Of a stretch of 39,809 bases of DNA, positions 32,384-39,809 are shown piece after piece. The stretch's first letter is position 1. Each line of letters begins with the position of its first letter. The stretch spans positions 62,001 through 101,809 of the forward strand of contig JADIIX010000080.1 of the NCBI GenBank assembly GCA_027604505.1. The letters are read 5' to 3'. The notes beneath the pieces are model-generated. The model did no database searches, was not told where the DNA came from, and saw only the letters and a program-made list of their open reading frames with translations. The stretch comes from Gonapodya sp. JEL0774 (lineage: Eukaryota). A program made the position numbers and the translations under genes.

Positions 32384-35109
32384 TCATACCCCAGGACCCC
32401 TTCCCCCCTGCCCGTTTCCAGCTCGGTGATCAATCACGTCCGGTCCGTCCGGGTCATCCCCGCCCCCACAGCACCCAAAAACCCGCTGAAAAAACCCCTT
32501 CTTCCGTCTCTGCCCTGTCGGTTGCTGCGGTGATCCCCCACCTTGCTGCTGGTACTGTTGCTGCTGCTGTTGCTGTTGCACCTGTTGTTGCTGGTATGCC
32601 AACTGCGTGGCGACACCCTGCCCGGTTGCTCCTTGCTGCCCAGCAAGAGCCTTGTTGATAGGAGATAAAGAGCCTGACTGCGACCCCATGCTGGCGTTCG
32701 CAATCGCACCGGGGCCCATTTGGCCCGACCTCCGGTGCTGGTCGTACCTCATGTCGTCAGGAGGCTGCACAGGCGAGTAATTTTGCTCTCGGGAGTTGTT
32801 GCCCCCACGCGATACCCTCCCGGAACCATCATCTGTAATTAACTGCGGCTGGCGATCTGTCAACCTGCCAGAACCACCTTCATTTCCAAATATCGTCGAA
32901 CCGACCAGTACCTGAACTGACGCAGTGGTGCTCTGTAACCCGTGACCACCACCTCCGACTTGCATGTGGGATCCAAACCTGTCATGGCTCGGCGATAAGG
33001 ACCCGCTGTCTCGCAGAGCATTGTGCGGAGCGAGCGCATTGGGACTCCCTGGCTGTTGTTGACCCCCGGACTGGTGCGGACCTAACACAGGTGAACCAGC
33101 GAGTCCCATAACTGAGCCTGGCATTTCTCTCCCGCCTCGTCCCAGCTGGTCCACGGGTAGGGATGGAGGTTGCTGCGAAACCTGCTGCTGGGCTGCCGCC
33201 TGAGCAGCTGCCTGTCGTGCCCTTTCCCGTTCTCGCTCCCGCTCCCGGTCCCGTTCCTTCTCGAGACGTTGGCGTTCCATCACAATCATCCAATCAAAAA
33301 CGCCATCGTCCTGCTCGCCTATCTTAGCAAGAACCTTGTTCATCAGACCCCTCAAGTAATCGTAGTCGGGCGTCTCCTCGAAGCCCAGTTTGCGGACGTA
33401 GGTGAGATACGTAGCAAACTCGTCTGAATGGAACATGTTATTATGAGCCATCTACGTCCTTATTTGATTCTTGCGCATGGATCTGGGAGGTTGCACCCAC
33501 CAGGATACCCTTCACACAACTCCTTGATCCCAGTTGTCTGCTTCTTTTCGCCAATTTTCTCGTACTTCTGCTTATTGGTGGCAGCCTTCAAACCCTGCCA
33601 AGGTAAACCTCCCCTCAAAAAGTACATGAACACGTGACCAAGCGCCTCGAGATCGTCTCTACGGCTCTGTTCGCGACCCAGATGCGTATTGATGGACATA
33701 TATCGCGCCGTACCGGAGAGCGACTTTCGCTCACGATATGGGATGTGTTGTTTCGTTTTAGGGTCACGGTACTGTTTGGCCATACCAAAGTCGACCATGT
33801 AGATCATCGATGCCGGGTGCGGGTGCTCTTTCGAGTGATTTTGCAGGATGGAGTTGGGATCTCTTGGAGTTTGAGGTGTGCCTCCAGTGCCATTCGTGAG
33901 GGTAGAAACCCCACTTAGAGAAGATCCCGTAGATGCCGATGACGGAATCAAATTGTGCCCATCCGCGCCTGTGGCGGCCGACGACGAGTATTTGGGGAGA
34001 CGACCGATGAGGAAATTGTCGGGCTTAATATCGCGATAGATTAAGTTCCGGTCGTGAATAGTTTGTACGCGGGTAACCTATCAGAAAGTGAGGAGCGAGG
34101 GGGGAAAGGAAAAAGGGAGAGGCGACGAATTAAAAAGCGAGATTCTGGACAATCGAAGACATATTCTCTATCCAAATTTCCTCCACATCCCCTGCATTCC
34201 CCACACAACCACCAGATCCCTTCGATTCTCACCATCTGTTTTGCTGCCATGCACACTGTCTTAACTGAAAACCTCCTACCGCAAATATCAAACAAGTCCT
34301 CCAAAGACGGACCAAGCAAGTCAATCACGAGTATGTTGTGAAGTCCTTCCTGACCAAAGTAATATACATTCGGGATGCCCACTGCGTGAGGAGGACGGGA
34401 GGGCAACAGCCTTGTTCATGAGAAAACTCAACACGAGGATTTGAGTGATCAGAACCCACCGCATCCCGCCAAAATCTTGTAAGTCCTATATTCATCACGT
34501 AATTGTGGAGCATCTGACTTTCGCGGCTCAAACTTGATAGCCACGGGCCCGTTGTTGAGGAGATTCACCCCTGAGAGTGTGACAAAAAAATATTAGAATT
34601 GTGAAAGGCAATTGGAATGTTGCAAAATCAGTCCAACAAGCGAATGTCTATTATGATTTCCCCAAAACGCACAACTCTCCGCAGCTTGCAGAGCCCTTCT
34701 TGAACCCAGTGGATTATAAACGGAAGATTCTTTGCTCACCTTCGTAAATAATACCAAAACTACCCTCCCCAATTTTCTTCCCGACCTTGTAGTGCACGCC
34801 GACCACATTTGGCCCTACGCCATGACTGCCAATTTTTGACGAGGAGCCTTGTTGTTGAGATGTTGGTTGCGCCTGTGCGCCCGATGGTTGGGCGATTTGA
34901 GGATGAGACCCAGAAACTGGGGGAGAAGTGTGTTGCTGATGGAGAGCGGCCATTTGTGAGGGAGAGAGACCAGATGCAGTGTTTGGCGAATTGAACGCTT
35001 GAGATGATGAAACGGGGGTCTGTTGCATGTGAAGGGGGACAGAGGTTGAGGAGACTAGCGCGCCAGTCGAAGTTGCGTTGGTGGGAATGGGAGAAGGCGG
35101 TTGGGACAT
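32384..35109 (-). CDS. Casein kinase I, Yck1/Yck2/CK1-gamma type, multi-exon
   Basis: [141 protein letters not shown]-rich tail and [12 protein letters not shown] palmitoylation-like motif. Start MSQPPSP at 35109 is inferred. Confidence 0.95.
32543..32593 (-). repeat. CAG/CAA poly-glutamine tract in the CK1 tail
   Basis: Encodes [17 protein letters not shown]. Confidence 0.8.
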
Positions 35110-36610
35110 ACAAAGGGGGACGAGAAAAGAGTCCGTGGGTCGTCCCGCGCCCGCAGAAGGTGTGGGGCGGACGGGAGGAACGGGAGGAGCGAGGAGCTGG
35201 CGGTGAATGGAAGAAGAAGACAAACACATGGGTGGGTTATCAGAATGTGAAGGAAACGGGACAGGCGTTTGATGCGACACGCAAAGTCATTGCTGCGTAT
35301 CCGAAAATTTCCATTGTATCTATACGCAAGCAATCTGACGGTTCGTGCAGGACAGGAGAAAAGTTCCTCACGGAAGGTCAAAACTGCTTGCAACACGATC
35401 CACAAACTTTGAAAGTCGTCTTCGCGCAATCGCCTGTTCCTATCGTTCATCAGTTTATCATTCCGAGGCCTGAATATGGCTGACAACTGAAGCTTCTCTT
35501 TAGATGCTTCGGGGCGAAAGGGTGGTCCTGTATAACCAACCGATGCCAGAACCGTCAAGTGTTTCCACCAACACATAGCCAGCCCACTTTTACAAGCTGC
35601 ATCGGAAGCTATTATCCCACAGGTGCTTCAGGGAAGTACTGAGGAGGCCCTTACCGCACGTCCAAGTGTGCCCCATCTGGGTAAAGGTCTCGCTCTCCAT
35701 GGCGTCTATCAGCCTTTCACTGAGTATCAGTAGGAGTGGCTCTCCGTCTCTCTGATATGCCGCGGAGAAGACTTTGTGGTAGTGCCTCCGTCTCATCCCC
35801 TCTTGAACTCAAGTACCGCTCCTGACAAATCGGCAAATAGTTCCTCCAAACGCGCTCTGGTATTCTTCACGTCAATTTGCTCCTTTTGGGTTATCGTGCC
35901 TGTCTCCTTGAGCGCTCCTTTCCCCCATCCCGCACGTGGCTGAGATTCGCTGACACTCCGAAAGGCCCTCTTCGGGCTTCCAGGCATAGCCTCGTTCGTC
36001 TTGCCTTTCACGAGTAGCCCACTCACTATGCGCGGGGCCGCGTACGAGGGGTCAGTCCAGAGATTCCCGCTGGGGGGTTCCAGAGCGGCGACTGTGGTGA
36101 GAACAGAACTCACTCAGCCCGCAACATAATATAATGAGTCTAATTCCAAAATTTGGAGTGCCCCTTTCCAATAGCTTCTACCCGTCTTAAGTTGATTTTC
36201 GGAACATAAGGTGAGTGGGGAGAAGGTGAGTTATTTCCAGGCAGTGTGTTTTAGAAAGATTGAAGAGCAGTTCCACTCAGTTGCTGGTTGTTCGGTTTCT
36301 TCCTCTTTTATTGACTCCAATCATACGTGGATGCTTAATTGATGCCAACATGAAACATATTATGTGTGCACCCTGAGAGGGCCACGACCCTGTTTTGAAC
36401 ATCCCCGACCAAACCCAGTTCAATATACATGTATGTATGAATAAATTCTTTTAATGTTTTTGGTGGACGTATTGACGACATTTAGCTCTTCCAATCCCTG
36501 ATTGGTACGATTCTCATAAACGGCATTATTATTATGTAGACCAATCATGGTGGCAATGTCCGCACAATCACCCAAACCGATACTCTTCCGTTTCCGAATT
36601 AGAAGCCCCT

Positions 36611-38099
36611 TCAAAGTTTTGCACCACCACCACCAGCATCTTTGAGTTCGTCTGCCGATACCCAGCCGTACAATTCGCTCTTCATTTCGCGCTAGCAAGC
36701 ACACAATTCTCAGTGGCGTGCCAAGCAGCGTGACTGGAAGAACCTACCGTGACAAGTGCCCTCACTGCATCCTCCATCGCCACACCTTCGAACAAGAACT
36801 TGTGCATAAGGGTAATCATGGGAGCATCGACATCCAGTTTTTGGACCAATTTGTATGCAGCACGGGTGGTTTCGACTCCTTCCGCGGTCGACCCGAGGGT
36901 CTTGAGAACGTGGGGGAGAGACTCGCCTTTCCCGAGCCGGTACCCGACGGTAAAGTTACGCGATTTCTGTATAGCGTTGTTGGGATGAAGAAGTAAAATG
37001 AAAAGAGCGAACTCGTTCGAGTGTGCCGCAGATGCCGAAGTTACCTCAGATGACGCGGTAAGCAGCAAATCCCCAACTCCCGACAAACCCACAAACGTGA
37101 GGGGGTTAGCGCCTAACTTGATACCGATTCGGGAAATCTCCGCTAGACCACGGGTAATGATTGCGGCGCGCTGAGAATACCACAGATGATGGCTTTGATC
37201 AGGGAGCAGCAGCCAACAAAGTCGAAAGTTGCCTTACTGCATTGTTTTGGAACCCCTGGCCAGTGGCTAGACCACTTCCGATAGCCACAACGTTCTTCAA
37301 TGCACCGGCGACACAAACACCAACAGTGTCCGGGCTTGTGTACACACGCTGCGCGTTTTCACGAACGACAGTTGTTTTGCTTGAGCGCGCTCAAAGGACA
37401 ACTACCTCACTCACGAAGTGCGGCGCGTGGAAAGTCCTCTGCGCCCATTGAGCACGCTCAACAGATTTCGAAGCTGCGGTGATTGCAGTGGGTAGTCTCT
37501 GCACCACTTCTTCTGAGAATGTGGGCCCGCTCATGAACACAGCTTGGCTGGTGTATGGCTCTCCGAGTACTTCATCCAAAACCTCGGTTGGGAGCTTCCC
37601 CGTGGACGATTCGATGCCCTTGTTGACGAATATAAGGAGTTGGTCTGGGGACAGGCGACTACGGAGACCGGACAACACCGGTCGCATTGCCTGAGTGGGA
37701 ATAGAATAAACGATCACCGTGGATGATTTGACCAATTCATCCGTAAGTTCAGTGGTTGCGCGGATGCGGGTGGAAAGAGGGTAGTCCTTGAAGTACTTTT
37801 CGTTCACGTGAACACGGTTAATAGACTCGATAGGTTCAGGATCCTTATCGAAAATGACGACATCATTTGCGAGATCAGCGAGATGGTCGGCGAGACAGGA
37901 GCCAAAGTGCCCCGCGCCCTGGTAATATGGTGAATGGAGGTGAGTGGATGTGGATGTGAGCAGGGTCAAATGTGAAGCGATCGGGATGAGTCGAGCAAGA
38001 GAGAGACCGCGCGAATCGCACCATGACAAGACATTTTTCGTGTTTTCTCTTTTCATCTACTACGACGAAAGGTATTCTCTGACGTTGATGTTGGGTCAT
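36611..38099 (-). CDS. gpsA: NAD(P)H-dependent glycerol-3-phosphate dehydrogenase, GpsA-type, with C-terminal PTS1 (-AKL); 6 exons
   Basis: KCLVM|GAGHFG (Rossmann), NKGIE, SGPTFSEEV, F|RVYTSPDTVGVCVAGALKNVVAI, RAAIITRGLAE, TFVGLSGVGDLLLT, SRNFTVG, TAEGVET. Last exon 36691-36611 reads REMKSELYGWVSADELKDAGGGGAKL*. Confidence 0.93.
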
Positions 38100-38387
38100 T
38101 TCGGACCGAATGAATTCAGAATGACAAGAAGCAACGGTAACACTGCACGCAACGCTACAGGTGTTGATCAGAAGAATTGGATGGTGATGGGCTGCAGATG
38201 GATGGTCGTTGGAGAATCGGGACGGGAGTCAGATTTTGGGAGACGTTATGCAGCAGAGTGGGCCAGATGGTGCTCCTCACTCCACATGTGCATATAGCAA
38301 GGTTCCCCGAACTTTTTTTGTGCACGCGCAAAATAGTGAACTTATTTTGGTCAACGTTATGCACGCAAATTGCAACGTTTAGACAAT

Positions 38388-39561
38388 TCAATCCCTCTCA
38401 AGTCCAACCATCCCCAACACGGAGAACTTCCTCATAGTGGCGAGAACCGCCTCCCTCGCCGCCCTTTCCTCCGCCTCATCCGCATTCTTCCCCAAAACGC
38501 TTCTCACAGCAATGACAGTACGATCCCGCAGGTCGAAATCCTCGTTCGGGTCCACGTCGGGCAGTTTCGGCCGTGAGCGGAAGTTGGCGACGTAACCGCC
38601 GGATTCCCGAACGAGTACGGCGCCTGCACAGACATCCCAGGCGTGCTACGTATATATTGAGTATGATGGGAGGGAGAGTGGTGACGCGGTCGTTGAATTC
38701 AGAAAACTCACTATTCCCTCCTCGTAGAATATGTCTACCGATGAGCGTGCAACAGCGCACATGCTCAACGCTGCAGAGCCAGCACTACGGATACCCCTGA
38801 TGGGGACCTGAAGGAGCGCCGAGATTGTGGCCAATTTCGCCTGCACGATGTGTGGACGGCGATCCGAACCGTACTCTGTGTGCACGAGAGCATTCGAGAG
38901 ATCGGGCTTCAGAGGGGCCGCCGAAATGAGAGGAAGGCGTTGGGGGATGGGAAGGTCTTGAAGCTCCATAGTCCTTAGATTGATTTGTGTGGCGTTGGTG
39001 TGAGCTCCAATGCTTAGGAAATCAAACGACGGCAGAAAACAAACGCACGAGACGTGATTTCCTCTCATAAGCCATGCACCTCCACCGAGGTGAGCGTAGT
39101 ACACCTCATCTGCTTCCGGGTTGTTCACTACTCCGAGGACGGGAGTCCCGTTAATGGCGAGTCCTATCGAAACACAGCACATTGGAAAGCCAACAACAAA
39201 ATTGGTTGTACCATCAATAGGGTCAACGATCCCTTGATGCGCAAGGGAATGTGAGCGTTCTTTCCCAGTGACCGTTGGGAGTGGGAATTATCATACACGT
39301 CGGACGATCCTTCCCGTACGCCATCTTGGACGCCGAATGATCATCTTCCTCGCCAAAAAATGCGTAATGCGGGTAGAGACCTCTCAGAAAGGTGAAGATG
39401 GCCTCCTGACAGGCTTTGTCTGTGACCGTAACGAGATCTGCATCACTCGATTTTGTTTCGAGGACGAGTGCGGATCTGTCGGCCCGGAAAGCAGAGATTA
39501 AAAGACGAGCAGCGAGCCGAGACGCGTGGATTGCGGATTCGAGGTGCGACGGGTAGTCCAT
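38388..39561 (-). CDS. INM1: Inositol monophosphatase (IMPase/SuhB family), multi-exon
   Basis: DLVTVTDKACQE, FFGEE, T|WIVDPIDGTTNF, VSIGL, LGVVNNP, RSAGSAALSMCAVA, EEGI|HAWDVCAGAVLVRESGG. Ends ...GLERD* (TGA 38390-38388). Confidence 0.93.
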
Positions 39562-39809
39562 GAGGAGCAGAGAAAGTTGAGCGGACACAGCTGAGTGATA
39601 TAGACGTACAAAAATTGTATGACTACTAGGACCAACGGAGGATATGCAGACTTCCTTTGACAGAAAACTGCGCACCGCTGGTACTTGATTGTTTTTTTTG
39701 AATTTTCGAACCATTTTCCACCCTTTAGTCCGTTTTTTTCCCCCCACCTCCTTCACCCCCTCCAAAACTTCCCACTCCCTCCTGAAACCTCTTTAAGCAC
39801 CAAGTAGCA

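Noticed and set aside
38315..38349. Short inverted repeats (ttttg..caaaa; caaaata..tattttg) between IMPase and GPDH
   Set aside because: Arms of only 5-7 bp in AT-rich sequence are compatible with chance.
38376..38390. Stop-codon read-through PTS1 on the IMPase, a mechanism described for some fungal enzymes
   Set aside because: The stop context is TGA-ATT rather than TGA-CTA, and the extension would be only I-V-stop.
1..39809. Prokaryotic systems (CRISPR array, operons, defence islands), tRNA/rRNA genes, intact transposons
   Set aside because: No regularly spaced repeats, cloverleafs, transposase/RT motifs or terminal repeats were seen. The bacterial-like enzymes contain spliceosomal introns, so this is not bacterial contamination.

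Overview
Gene-dense, intron-rich eukaryotic genomic DNA of moderate GC with short GT-AG introns. The gene set points to a fungus, probably an early-diverging zoosporic lineage (chytrid/Monoblepharidomycete-like); this is inferred from gene content and not from a search. I spliced 13 protein-coding genes by hand: a short-chain dehydrogenase (SDR), a KCTD-type BTB protein, an ankyrin/coiled-coil/SH3 protein, two very large disordered proteins flanking a CAMK-group kinase, a Reg1-like PP1 regulator, an ELMOD protein, a Trs65-like TRAPP-II subunit, L-threonine aldolase, a Yck/CK1-gamma-type casein kinase I, a GpsA-type glycerol-3-phosphate dehydrogenase and an inositol monophosphatase. A 14th small Pro-rich gene is possible. 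No rRNA, tRNA, CRISPR array or intact mobile element was recognised. Four observations stand out. (1) The two giant disordered proteins share short motifs in the same order (KSGG..[RK]KGWMS..RERS; PFxRLL; C-terminal PRS...[RK]RVS) and sandwich a kinase. (2) The bacterial-type GPDH ends in a peroxisomal signal (-AKL) carried on its own last exon. (3) The BTB domain is split by two large low-complexity insertions. (4) AAG/GAG splice acceptors are frequent. Exon boundaries were read by eye and some start codons are uncertain.
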